A DNA stretch of 63,893 nucleotides, filler included, from Candidatus Woesearchaeota archaeon (lineage in GTDB: Archaea > Nanobdellota > Nanobdellia > Woesearchaeales > DATGWN01), in NCBI GenBank assembly GCA_047603125.1. It is 5 parts of 5 records of this genome, joined end to end, with 100 filler letters (N's around TTAATTAATTAA, not from the genome) between each part and the next. Parts side by side here need not be neighbours in the genome. Positions count along the whole stretch, not along the records: positions 1 to 14,703 come from JBLKOU010000026.1; 4 more parts are not named here. One strand, written 5' to 3'. Position 1 is the first letter of the stretch, and every line of letters begins with the position of its first letter. This document shows, piece after piece, positions 1-10,042 of the stretch. Below the pieces are notes generated by a model. It worked only from the letters and a program-made list of their open reading frames with translations, had not been told where the DNA came from and made no database searches. The translations under genes and the position numbers were made by a program.

Positions 1-8
1 AAGCTCGT

Positions 9-431
9 ATGAAGATGCAAAATTACTTTTTCATTATACTTTTAGTGCTCGGCTTTCTCGTTTTGAGTGGTTGTGATTTTTCCATGAGTTCTGCGAGCGA
101 GTCAACTGATGAGGAAAAATATATTTGCCAAGTTGATGAGGACTGTGTTTTAGTAAGCTTAGATGTGTCGTGCACGATTTGTGATGCGTGTGGTGTAGAT
201 TATGCGCGTGATGAATATGTGGCTGTTAATAACGATTGGTTTATAGACTATGCGGATAAGCAAAGACTTGAAAATTGTGATGAGGAATTTGTGAATTGTT
301 ACTTAAATGATTTTGAGCCATTCCAGGATTGTGGTTCTTATCGGATTTGCCCGGAATGCGCTGAAGAACATAAAAATACCCATATTGAAGCTCAGTGTGT
401 TTCAGGTACTTGTCAAAAAATGACGACATGA
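9..431 (+). CDS. Cys-rich putative lipoprotein
   Basis: Signal peptide ending in lipobox-like LSG-C; many Cys; acidic. Confidence 0.7.
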   Translation: MKMQNYFFIILLVLGFLVLSGCDFSMSSASESTDEEKYICQVDEDCVLVSLDVSCTICDACGVDYARDEYVAVNNDWFIDYADKQRLENCDEEFVNCYLNDFEPFQDCGSYRICPECAEEHKNTHIEAQCVSGTCQKMTT

Positions 432-739
432 TTTTACTAAATACCTTAGTTACTGTTTTTTAGTAAGCGATGGCTGATGTAGAGTTTAAGGTGAAGATTG
501 TGTGAGTTTTATGGGGTGCTTCTCTCATTCGCAAAGCTTTTTAGTAATGCTCAGTAGCAGTGTTTTCAAATAGCTTCGAACAACAAACTTTTGTAATTTA
601 ATTATTATGAGTCAAAAAGAAGGGCGTGTGGTTATTGTGCTAGTATTATTGGCAGAATTCTTATTGTATAGTACTTGATTGCTGGAAAACATTTGTATTT
701 GCATCAAAGTAGAATAATTTTTTACACAACCGACTAAAA

Positions 740-874
740 TAGTCGACGACATTAATTTCGCATAACTCGGCGATTTCACGACAGTTGTCAAGTTTGCAAA
801 ATCAGAGCTGCATGAATCGCTCTGATTTTTGATTTTACGCCAAGGAGTTATGCTTTTCTTTTGCCGCTAACTAA
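740..874 (-). repeat. Structured repeat, form A, copy 1 (MITE-like imperfect inverted ends)
   Basis: 135-bp near-identical copy at 17061-17195 (one mismatch seen); stem GCATAACTC/GAGTTATGC. Confidence 0.9.
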
Positions 875-929
875 AATAACAAAACCTTTATAAATAAAAA
901 TTCATAAATTTCTCCTACAGGTGTGTATA

Positions 930-1520
930 ATGAAATTATCAAAAAAAGGAACGGAAAAACCTATTGAAATCTTTGTTGCGCTTTTTATCATATTAGCGGT
1001 GGCAATGTTGTTACTAAACATGTTTCGAGATCAGATTTCTGATAGAACAACGCAGTTAAGTGAGTATGAGGCGCAAGCGCGACTCGCGGAAGAATTGTCC
1101 GATGCTCGGTCGTCATGTCAAAACTTGTGTACACAGGCGGTTGCTGGACGATGTACAGAATTGTCTCAGGCAAGATTTTGTATGCAAAAAATTCAGGGTG
1201 GTCTGGATCTAAATGGTGATTCCATTATAGGCGGTGTGGATGAGCAATTATTAGCTGGAGTTGCAATTTGTGAAGATGGAATTTACTGTCCGATGCTTAT
1301 AGAGTGTAATTGCGGGAAGCAATTGACAATGCAAAACTGTCGTGAAGTGCTCTGTTCATATTGGTACAGTCAGGGAATGGACTCTGACGCAGCAAATGCT
1401 CGATTAGAATCAACATATAACGAAGGTACTTGTAACTTAGGTGATCATGAAAACAGCTGGATAAGCTTATATTTCGAAGAAGGTCTCTCTTGCTTTTTTA
1501 ATGGGGATGGAGGCGATTAA
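930..1520 (+). CDS. Class III signal peptide (type IV pilin-like) Cys-rich protein
   Basis: MKLSKKG|TEKPIEIFVALF followed by a hydrophobic helix; first gene of an overlapping operon. Confidence 0.75.
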   Translation: MKLSKKGTEKPIEIFVALFIILAVAMLLLNMFRDQISDRTTQLSEYEAQARLAEELSDARSSCQNLCTQAVAGRCTELSQARFCMQKIQGGLDLNGDSIIGGVDEQLLAGVAICEDGIYCPMLIECNCGKQLTMQNCREVLCSYWYSQGMDSDAANARLESTYNEGTCNLGDHENSWISLYFEEGLSCFFNGDGGD

Positions 1521-1559
1521 GACGTTTACCTCATTACTTTTTTAGAATAATGGAGATTC

Positions 1560-1964
1560 ATGGAACAATCAGTTTGGTTTATTTATGCAGTGCTTGCTGC
1601 TATGGTGATGCTTGGAGTAGTTATAACTATCAGCGTTCAACATAGTGATCAATTAAAATTAGGTCGCTCCGATCGAGTCGCTGATCAGCTCGTTTCCGCG
1701 TGTAATTTTGTTTGTCGCTCAGAAGGTGGGACACAACGTTTTCAGGATGTTGATTTTCCTTCCGGATTAGTCCTTCGTGCTCATGCAAATCAAATATGTA
1801 CAACGTACGATCAGCGTCAAGTTTGTCGTGTTTGTGATTGTTCTTTGTCAGATTACACGTTAGATTTGTCTACTCCACAACACCTTCATATGTTTGATAT
1901 ACATACCTTTCGTTGTTTAATTGCAAAACAAAATGAGACCATTACACTCGATTGCCAAGGCTGA
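1560..1964 (+). CDS. Pilin-like membrane-anchored protein
   Basis: N-terminal hydrophobic helix, Cys pairs, operon context. Confidence 0.65.
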   Translation: MEQSVWFIYAVLAAMVMLGVVITISVQHSDQLKLGRSDRVADQLVSACNFVCRSEGGTQRFQDVDFPSGLVLRAHANQICTTYDQRQVCRVCDCSLSDYTLDLSTPQHLHMFDIHTFRCLIAKQNETITLDCQG

Positions 1965-2328
1965 AGCAAGTACATATATTATTCTTTGGATTATGTCATT
2001 AGTTGCAACACTTGTTGCGGTTGGGTGGTATGTGGAGAATGTTCGTCCCTATAATGTAGAGGCTCGTGCTATTCAAGATGATTTAGTTCGTATTGAAAAC
2101 ACGATTAACACCGCTTGTTTAGAGAATCGATTGTTTTTGAATGCGACATTGTATTTTTCGTTGCAACAAGGTGAGTTAAGAATTCAAAATACGGGAGCGT
2201 GTATAGAGCATCAATTTGAACTTTGTACGCGTTTTATTTGTGCGACTGGTGTTGAGAAAAATATAAGTCTTGAACGATTAGAACCGATATCCGTAATAAA
2301 AGAAAATGGTGCTATTTCGATTTCATAA
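1933..2328 (+). CDS. Pilin-like protein
   Basis: KA|EASTYIIL class III-like motif plus hydrophobic helix. Confidence 0.65.
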   Translation: MRPLHSIAKAEASTYIILWIMSLVATLVAVGWYVENVRPYNVEARAIQDDLVRIENTINTACLENRLFLNATLYFSLQQGELRIQNTGACIEHQFELCTRFICATGVEKNISLERLEPISVIKENGAISIS

Positions 2329-2731
2329 AAAAGGTATTTATGACACAGTGACGTTATTTTTGTTCATTGTAGTTCTTTTAATCGTGTTATTAGGTATGTT
2401 GGGTTTTGGTCAATTATTACTGTTTATAGAAAGTTCACAAATTACACAGGAGCGCCAATCTCTTGATTTTGCTGCAAAGAAAAATGAATTTCTTTCATGT
2501 TATGGTGCAAATTCTCGTGTGGATAGCACACGGTTAAGTAACGATTGTTCAGTTGATTTTGAATATGAGTTCACGGTATTACCGACACAGGCGTGTGATG
2601 ATATTTCCAATCCTTTGCTTATTTCTCAGGATTTTGTTCCTGATAGTTTTCTTCCTCAAGGTGTTTTTACCGTTCCATTTATAAATCAAACAAACTCTAT
2701 AGTTTGTGCAGGGAGGCTTGTGGTTCAATGA
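2306..2731 (+). CDS. Class III signal peptide pilin-like protein
   Basis: HKKG|IYD followed by a hydrophobic helix. Confidence 0.7.
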   Translation: MVLFRFHKKGIYDTVTLFLFIVVLLIVLLGMLGFGQLLLFIESSQITQERQSLDFAAKKNEFLSCYGANSRVDSTRLSNDCSVDFEYEFTVLPTQACDDISNPLLISQDFVPDSFLPQGVFTVPFINQTNSIVCAGRLVVQ

Positions 2732-5700
2732 AAGTTGTCGAGGACATTGTTGCAGTGGTGATATTATTAACGAGTTTTTTATTTATTTCATTACTTGTTC
2801 TCTCTGTGCAAACAGATAGGCTCATGACTGAGACACAAATTCATGAAATGACAGAACAACAGCAACGATTTGACTCGGATATGAGTACAATTCTCGCTTT
2901 AACACAGGTGCAAACAAATCGTTCTTTTGGAGATTTATTGGCTCTATATGTGGCGGAGAATCGGTTACGTCCGATGGATGCTGAAGAGTTTATTTATGGG
3001 TCGCAACCTGTGCAATTGAAAAGTGAATTTGAGCGAATTTTTAATGCCGCATACGGTGAGGGAAATTATTATTTAGAGGTTGAGGATGTATTATCCAATC
3101 TGACTATTCATTTTCTCATAGACGGAACTGATAGTATGGAGCCGATTCGTTTGCAGTTGGGTGAAATTTTGCGAGACCTTATAGATCAGTTTGAAGAACA
3201 AGACAGGGATATTACGCCTCAAGTCAATATTCTTTCACAAAATGAAACGATTTGTGATATTTATGATGACGACACTGGGAGAGAAATTGCATGCCAATCA
3301 TTTATTTATAATCAACTATTTCATGCAAATTATACGCATTTTCGACCATACTTTGTTCCTAGTGAATTACTCACCCCTGAAGAGTATTTTACGAATAAGA
3401 CAAGACTCCCTCCGAACGAGTATAATATTTCTTCGACGAGAATTGAATTTTTGCAGCCTCGTCAACATGTGTTTTTTAGAACAAATTTTACCCATACTAT
3501 CACATTCACACATGATGATGGGTTACAAACTAGAATTACTCAAGGGAGTAATAATATTACTGCGCGATTAAGTGGACATGCGTATTTTGAAGCGCCAGTA
3601 ACTATAGATTCTAATAATATGCAGGTATTTTTGACACAAAATGCGATAATTATTCAATCTCGAAATAATGAGACTGTTCGTATTCCTTTTGCCAAAGAGA
3701 ATGTGAGCATTAGTAATATTACTTTTGGTGAGACGAGTCAGGTTCCCTCTAAATTTTATGAAATTGGTGGATTTCAAACACAAACATTGTATAATACGCA
3801 CCCCATTGAAGAGTCGAATAGAGATATTGCTTTGGCAATGGCACATTTAATTGAGCGAAATTCGACACAAGCGATGGCATTTATTCCAATTAGTGATGAT
3901 ATCCCGACGACTTCTCTTCCTAAGTCAGTTTTTGATCAATATCCTCAGTATGAATTTAACTCGAGTCCTGCAGCTCGTGCGTCTTATTCCCGATTTCAAT
4001 TTCAAACATACTGTAGCGATGATTGTCCGGACGACCGTGCCAAAAGGAGTATTTTACAGTTAAATGCTACTATGAATCATTATGTGGGTATTTATCGAAG
4101 TTTTCCTGTTTTTTTTCAAAGAACCTCCCAAGAACACTGTGATTTTGCTCCGGGCGGGTGGACGCCAAATCCGAGAATACTTCATGAGTACTGGAAGGAT
4201 TATGCTTTAACGCCTATAGATGGAGACAATTTATTTAATATTATCGACGTTCAGTATAATGAACAAAACGAACAGTTTTGCGCTCTAGTGTCTACTGAAG
4301 ATAAACAATTATGTCCGGGATGTCGAACGCATGTGAGCTCTGAGAGTATGATTAACAATACAAAAATATGCCCTCATTTTGATTGTATGCAACAAGGTGA
4401 TAGGTTGTTCAAGTTATTGGCAGGGCTGTCAGGTTCTGAGTCATTTACGATAACTGGTTCAATTTCGGGTAATGGAGATGAATTAGTTTATAGTATTAAT
4501 TTAGCCATCGAAAGTATATTAGATGATCCTATTTTTGAAATAGGTCAGCGAAGAGATGATGTAGAAACATTTAGTTTTTCTCGGGAGTTTATCAGTCGGT
4601 CTGCAAATGTAAATACGACTCGCATAATTTTGCATGTCTATGATCGACCCGTCTTTGGAATATCTGGTTTAACAAGAGTCATACCTGAACATAGTGTTGA
4701 TGTGAGTCCTGAAAAAGCTCTTGTGGATGAAAATGTCACATTTTCATGGTTTGCAAATACGAGTGATCAGGTTCGTCTTGAGTTCTTTAATGAGTCAAAT
4801 GAAAAAATATATGAGTTGGATAATCAACTAAATGTTTCTCAACATAATATGACCTTTTCATCTCCGGGTGCATATTTTGCACGGTTGTATGTGCGAACAG
4901 GTTTTTCGGTTCATGAAGATTCTGTGGTTTCTTCGTCTGTCCATGTGTTTGAAACGGACATTCCGCAAATCATTAATTTTTCGCGAACTCCGTCAGGTAA
5001 TATAACCGGGGAATTAACTGTTCATGCCAATGTTTCATATATGCATGAGATTGACACTGTTCTTGCAAGAATTGGAAATACGTCTGATTCAAACCTTCAA
5101 AATTTTACTCTGCAAAGCTCATCTCATCCGCTTGCATTTCATTCATCGTATACGGGGAGTGGATGGCTGTTGCCGGCGATTCCGGATGGAGACTATTTTG
5201 TGGAATTGGTTGTCAATGATACGCAAGGAAACCAAAACCGTTCGGATAAATTAGAATTTACATTTGAGCGTGCGTTTACTATTGGCGATGTTGAGATTGG
5301 TGGAAGTATAGATGAACCGGTTTCGAGAGATCTACCGGTCTCATTTAAAGTGCATAGTCTATATGAAACCGTTGCACAAGCAAACGCGACGATTTTTAAT
5401 GAATCGAATGAAATAGTGGAAAAAATTGATTTGAGTACTGGAGAATCTTTAACATTTCACGCAGATTTTGAACAAATGTCAGAAGATGACTTCGAAGAAA
5501 TATCTAGAATCTTAAGTATTCATAAACTACCGCAAGGGAATTATACTTTAGAGGTTGTTGTAGTAGGAAGTCACGGTTCAAAAGCAAATTTTAGTCGCCA
5601 ATTTCGAATTCAACGATCTCTAGAAACAACTAACATTAATATTCCAGAAGAAGTTTCGACAACTATTGACATAGGATTAGAGTTTGATGACGATACGGTT

Positions 5701-6798
5701 TCAGAGGTGAAGATTTCTGTTAAAGATTCGGAGGGAAATCTTTTACGCGAACTTGATGATTTTCCTGATCTTAATTCCATTTCCATTCCGCTCGGTCGAG
5801 ATACTCCTCATGGTGATTATGAGATTACTATAACTATAACAAATGATGCTGGGGAGACTCATCAAGAAACGAAAACTATTACAGTACCAAAAACACAAGT
5901 CAGAATACTCTTTGTCCCACTTGTTGATACGAGTCAAAGCAGTCGGTTAACTGAGAATTATTTTAATCAAAATTACGAGGCGACGATCGCGGAGTTTTTT
6001 GCTGTTACGCAGCTAAGTGCTTGTCCTGAACAGATTGCTAAAGATGTTGTTCCTTTTGAAGATCATTTGATGTATAGTAGTAGAAGGAGTTGTGAAGATC
6101 TTGTGACGCGAATTTGGAGTCATTTAAATGAGATCGGATATGATCATGCGAAAACATCTTATGATGCGATTTTATTTTTGACAAGAACGGATGATTATGT
6201 TTGTCAGATAACTAATGAATTTAATCAAGTAACTGGTTATGCGCTCGGGTTCATGGTGTCGGATTCGCCTCTTGTTGTTTCGCCAATTAATCAAGTTGAC
6301 ACTGTGAGCCATGAACTGGGTCATTTACTAGGAGGATTTTTTGAAGAGTACTGTTCGATGGGTCAGGGTCATACCACAACGGCCTTTGCATGTAACAATC
6401 ATCCTGCGAGTTATAATCCGAGAAGTCAAGTTATGAGTGAGCGCCTGAGAAATAACTATCCTGCAAATCTATTAGATGCGGATGAGTATTATTGTAATCC
6501 GGGATATTTTCATGATCAAGCATCGCTTATTCAAAGATTACCGGATGGCGATCCTCGCCCTGGAAGTATAGATTTACTAAATAATCCAAAACAATGTTGT
6601 TTTGAACAATGTACAGGTTGGAGAACACATGTTTGTTGCATAGGTAATGTCGTCGAGCAAGATGGTAATGTTCATCTATCAATAATGAGTGCGGGTGGCG
6701 CACATAAATACGTACAGGGAGCGGTGAAAAAGCGAGTATTTACACCGCAACAAAAAAATATATTACAGGAGATTGAGTATTTACAATGTATAGAATAA
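2728..6798 (+). CDS. Large surface protein: N-terminal anchor, VWA-like MIDAS, Ig-like repeats, C-terminal zinc metallopeptidase
   Basis: FLIDGTDSM (DxTxS); repeated GxY.L beta-sandwich patterns; HELGHLLGGFFEEY. Confidence 0.75.
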   Translation: MKVVEDIVAVVILLTSFLFISLLVLSVQTDRLMTETQIHEMTEQQQRFDSDMSTILALTQVQTNRSFGDLLALYVAENRLRPMDAEEFIYGSQPVQLKSEFERIFNAAYGEGNYYLEVEDVLSNLTIHFLIDGTDSMEPIRLQLGEILRDLIDQFEEQDRDITPQVNILSQNETICDIYDDDTGREIACQSFIYNQLFHANYTHFRPYFVPSELLTPEEYFTNKTRLPPNEYNISSTRIEFLQPRQHVFFRTNFTHTITFTHDDGLQTRITQGSNNITARLSGHAYFEAPVTIDSNNMQVFLTQNAIIIQSRNNETVRIPFAKENVSISNITFGETSQVPSKFYEIGGFQTQTLYNTHPIEESNRDIALAMAHLIERNSTQAMAFIPISDDIPTTSLPKSVFDQYPQYEFNSSPAARASYSRFQFQTYCSDDCPDDRAKRSILQLNATMNHYVGIYRSFPVFFQRTSQEHCDFAPGGWTPNPRILHEYWKDYALTPIDGDNLFNIIDVQYNEQNEQFCALVSTEDKQLCPGCRTHVSSESMINNTKICPHFDCMQQGDRLFKLLAGLSGSESFTITGSISGNGDELVYSINLAIESILDDPIFEIGQRRDDVETFSFSREFISRSANVNTTRIILHVYDRPVFGISGLTRVIPEHSVDVSPEKALVDENVTFSWFANTSDQVRLEFFNESNEKIYELDNQLNVSQHNMTFSSPGAYFARLYVRTGFSVHEDSVVSSSVHVFETDIPQIINFSRTPSGNITGELTVHANVSYMHEIDTVLARIGNTSDSNLQNFTLQSSSHPLAFHSSYTGSGWLLPAIPDGDYFVELVVNDTQGNQNRSDKLEFTFERAFTIGDVEIGGSIDEPVSRDLPVSFKVHSLYETVAQANATIFNESNEIVEKIDLSTGESLTFHADFEQMSEDDFEEISRILSIHKLPQGNYTLEVVVVGSHGSKANFSRQFRIQRSLETTNINIPEEVSTTIDIGLEFDDDTVSEVKISVKDSEGNLLRELDDFPDLNSISIPLGRDTPHGDYEITITITNDAGETHQETKTITVPKTQVRILFVPLVDTSQSSRLTENYFNQNYEATIAEFFAVTQLSACPEQIAKDVVPFEDHLMYSSRRSCEDLVTRIWSHLNEIGYDHAKTSYDAILFLTRTDDYVCQITNEFNQVTGYALGFMVSDSPLVVSPINQVDTVSHELGHLLGGFFEEYCSMGQGHTTTAFACNNHPASYNPRSQVMSERLRNNYPANLLDADEYYCNPGYFHDQASLIQRLPDGDPRPGSIDLLNNPKQCCFEQCTGWRTHVCCIGNVVEQDGNVHLSIMSAGGAHKYVQGAVKKRVFTPQQKNILQEIEYLQCIE

Positions 6799-7472
6799 AA
6801 TTAGTATTGACATGTATGCTTTTTGCAAGTTTACTACCGATAAGCTTTGGCATTTTTGCGCCAGAAGTTGTTCAAATTCGCTTCTCCATCACTCAAGATG
6901 ATGTGGTGGAGATAGAATCGGTGCAACGCATTTTTGCAAATCCGAGTCGACCGGGTGCTGGTGAATATTATGTGGAGCTAGTTGAGTCTGGTACGCGTCA
7001 TTATTTCTCACCGGATTTTCAATTTGATGTGCAGTATGATATAACACAAAGTCCTCCTCCTGATGATTTTGAGTTTTCACTACATTCTTTATTTTTGCCC
7101 TACTCGCAAGAGTCTCAAGCAGCAATATATAATGATGGTGTGCTACTAAAAGAGATTGATTTTTCTGACTATTTTGATTTGCCTGAACCTTCTCAAGAAC
7201 CGGATAGTGATGCGCAACATGATGAGCCGCGTGAAATGGTGAATGATTCAGTATCACAAAAAAGTCCTGGAGAAACACTTTCGCGTGAACTTCTTCGTAT
7301 AACAAATAATTTTCTCGTCATAATTATTATTTGCATTGGCTTAGTATTATTTGGTTTTCTATACATTCGCGCAAGACACCCGCCAAAAATTGAGCAAGAT
7401 AGTCAGTCGGATCAGCAAGTAAAAGAGATTTTGACTCAAGCGGGTTGGAAAGAAGAAGACATACGCAAGTGA
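6786..7472 (+). CDS. Exported protein with C-terminal TM anchor
   Basis: Signal peptide, C-terminal TM, cytoplasmic tail LTQAGWKEEDI. Confidence 0.7.
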   Translation: MYRIKLVLTCMLFASLLPISFGIFAPEVVQIRFSITQDDVVEIESVQRIFANPSRPGAGEYYVELVESGTRHYFSPDFQFDVQYDITQSPPPDDFEFSLHSLFLPYSQESQAAIYNDGVLLKEIDFSDYFDLPEPSQEPDSDAQHDEPREMVNDSVSQKSPGETLSRELLRITNNFLVIIIICIGLVLFGFLYIRARHPPKIEQDSQSDQQVKEILTQAGWKEEDIRK

Positions 7473-7544
7473 TGTTTTTTCTTTAGAGTGACTACTTAGG
7501 AAAAGAAACAAAGCTTTAAATATGCCAACTATATCAATAGTGGT

Positions 7545-8051
7545 ATGGCTAGTGATGACTACGAATTTATTAAATCTAAAAATGTTAAGCAATTACAGCA
7601 AGAGCTTGAAGAGATTAAAGCAAATCCTTTTGTTTCTAGTAGTCAAGCAAAAAATTTAGCACAATCAGTTACGACGCTTGAGACTTCTATTCAGCAAATG
7701 CTTGATTTGTTTAAACAGGCGCATGAGGAGATGACTCTTGAAGAACGGGAAGAAAAAATACTCAAAGCTCAGTTAGAGCCGGTTCATAAAAAAATAGATG
7801 ATTTATTTGAGCAAAATAAAACAATTGCGCGGGGTATAGTCACCGTTGTAGAATCCGTTGAGCACTTATCAGCAGAGCTTGCGCATGCACGAAAAAAAAT
7901 AGATTCAATCTCTTCTCGTCCAAGCGCACCTTCTCCGTCCCCTCTTCCAAATCCTTTATCTTCTTCTCCTTCTCAGCCTAACTCATCACAAACAAAATCT
8001 TTATTTGATGGAGGGCCTTTGCAACCGAACAATGCCAATAACTCTCAATGA
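7545..8051 (+). CDS. Hypothetical coiled-coil protein
   Basis: Heptad pattern and Pro/Ser-rich tail; TTTAAA box upstream. Confidence 0.65.
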   Translation: MASDDYEFIKSKNVKQLQQELEEIKANPFVSSSQAKNLAQSVTTLETSIQQMLDLFKQAHEEMTLEEREEKILKAQLEPVHKKIDDLFEQNKTIARGIVTVVESVEHLSAELAHARKKIDSISSRPSAPSPSPLPNPLSSSPSQPNSSQTKSLFDGGPLQPNNANNSQ

Positions 8052-8514
8052 TCAACAAAAGCTTATGAGCCCTGTGATGGCAAAGCGGTATTTTCAACAT
8101 ATTCTTGATGTTAATAGAGCGCGAGTTCCGTATGTAGTTGGAAACCACAAAGCATTGAGTGCACATGATCGGTTAAATCAACTTCAACAGGAATTGAAAA
8201 AAATGAAGTATCAGGTGGATGTGCACAATAGAGCACTGTTTTCACCAAAAGAATCTCAACCTTCTTTGGAAAAATTACAATCTACAAAAGACAATTTGGC
8301 AGATTTGCGTGAGGCGGCGTCGTCAAATAATCAGCCTGGTGAAAAAAAATCAACTGCTGAGAAACAAAGTTCTGCGGAGTTTTCAATTTTGACAACAAGA
8401 TTAAATGAATTAGAATCTCTTGCACAAAATGAACATGTGCCAAAAGAAAAACAAGAATTGATTAAACAACGCATTAGCGCAATCCGAGAGCGTTTACAAA
8501 AAAGACGAGACTAG
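8032..8514 (+). CDS. Hypothetical protein
   Basis: ORF overlapping the previous gene; helical, charged. Confidence 0.6.
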   Translation: MPITLNDQQKLMSPVMAKRYFQHILDVNRARVPYVVGNHKALSAHDRLNQLQQELKKMKYQVDVHNRALFSPKESQPSLEKLQSTKDNLADLREAASSNNQPGEKKSTAEKQSSAEFSILTTRLNELESLAQNEHVPKEKQELIKQRISAIRERLQKRRD

Positions 8515-9077
8515 GGCTTGTCTAAATTATCAATATATTCGAATGAATATTTATTCACATCCACTGAAAAAACAATTCCTGGATTAAATGTTATTCCTTC
8601 AAAGGGTTTGTTTTGTATGTTAAGAAATGTTGTTGAGCTGATGAGTTCATTTTTGTGTTTCTCCAGGGCTTTTTTGAATTCTTCAGACTGAGTAATTTCA
8701 AAAACGAGTACGCACAGGCTTGCCCCTTTAAGACCAATTCCAGGAGCTGTTCGATTATCAAAGGAATAATCGAGTTTTTGATTAAAATTGCCAGGAGATA
8801 TTCCGACATAGACATGAGTGATTTCTTTTTTTCCCAAGAGAGTTCGCTTGACAGAGAATGTGTCTGTGGCATAAAAGATGCAGTTTTTGTCGCACATAAA
8901 TAATAGTCTTTGCATTTTTTCTAAATATCTTGGGTGTGTAATTCTTTTTTTAGAGGAGAAAAAGTAAAAATCGTGGCTTGGTTGGTTGCCTGTTTGTTTT
9001 ATAATTGATGCAAACTCATTTGTTGGTTTCATCCAAATACCGTATTTATTATGCAATGACCAGCTTGTAAAACTCAT
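8511..9077 (-). CDS. Hypothetical protein
   Basis: 188-aa ORF with upstream TTTAAA box. Confidence 0.6.
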   Translation of the reverse strand: MSFTSWSLHNKYGIWMKPTNEFASIIKQTGNQPSHDFYFFSSKKRITHPRYLEKMQRLLFMCDKNCIFYATDTFSVKRTLLGKKEITHVYVGISPGNFNQKLDYSFDNRTAPGIGLKGASLCVLVFEITQSEEFKKALEKHKNELISSTTFLNIQNKPFEGITFNPGIVFSVDVNKYSFEYIDNLDKP

Positions 9078-9122
9078 AATGGGATTAAGTGTGCACGTTG
9101 TTTAAATACTTAATGGGTGACA

Positions 9123-9300
9123 GATTTTATCAAGAATTGTTTTTCAAAAGAGCACTCAGATTTTGCTCAAAAGTCCTGCTTTGAGATTCGTGCGAAAATT
9201 CGGTTGCATGTTTTTGGATTCCCATCCTCGCGTTTGAAAGAAGCTTTTAAACAAGCAGTAAATTTTCAAAATTTTTGTAAATTCTGCAAATCTGATCTCA
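9123..9300 (-). mobile_element. Degenerate copy of form C MITE/structured repeat
   Basis: Aligns to 19000-19192; ends decayed. Confidence 0.75.
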
Positions 9301-9336
9301 AAATACATATATTGTGGAACAAAGGTAGCTACTTTT

Positions 9337-9804
9337 ATGAAATTACTATACTTAAATGCGAATATATTGTATGGCGAATGTCTAAAGAAAATCCAAAAAC
9401 GTTCTTGGAGAAGGCTAATAAAGACTGGCGTTTTAGAAAATTTAGAGAACTATTCTTTTTTCACGTCTACTTTAACTAAGATGGAAATTATTCAAAGGCT
9501 CGTCAGAGATGAAAATATTCATTTAGATCGAGCAAGAAAACTCTTTTCACAAATTGTAAGAGAATTTAATGTAACTCAGATTAGCAGCTTAAATAAGTTG
9601 AATTTGCTTACAAATACTTTTATTGATAATGTTCTATCTTCAAACTTAGATTTTAAAGATGCCTTACATTTAGAAATTGCGTCTAAATATAAATTAGACG
9701 TGCTCACTCATGACAAGAAATTTCTAAAAAATCATTCGCAACATAAGGATAAAGAAAAATTTTATTCGCGAGTATACAAATCTGATGACTTATTCGATGA
9801 TTAA
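9337..9804 (+). CDS. PIN-domain (VapC-like) protein
   Basis: YLNAN..., TSTLTKMEI, DFKDALHL, LTHDKKF motifs. Confidence 0.8.
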   Translation: MKLLYLNANILYGECLKKIQKRSWRRLIKTGVLENLENYSFFTSTLTKMEIIQRLVRDENIHLDRARKLFSQIVREFNVTQISSLNKLNLLTNTFIDNVLSSNLDFKDALHLEIASKYKLDVLTHDKKFLKNHSQHKDKEKFYSRVYKSDDLFDD

Positions 9805-10042
9805 CGCCTGAAACTGCTTTCGGGCTTTTTTTGGCATAATGACATCTGCCTTAACGCCATTTATTTGCATTTCCACTTCTTCAAATTGTGAATTCTTAGT
9901 CATAGCTCTATGGTGAATTCAGTATTTTATATATTTTCTTCTCAATTTATTGAAAATTTGCGCGAAAGTACTTTTTCTTATTTTTTTGATGAGGTTAATG
10001 GGACAAAAACCTATTTAAATCATTCAGGGTTTACAAATTGAT

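Noticed and set aside
9117..9479. ORFs containing SSLKEAFKQ (also 17242, 52167) and the extended DinB N-terminus
   Set aside because: Read-through of the non-coding form C repeat; frames are not conserved among copies.
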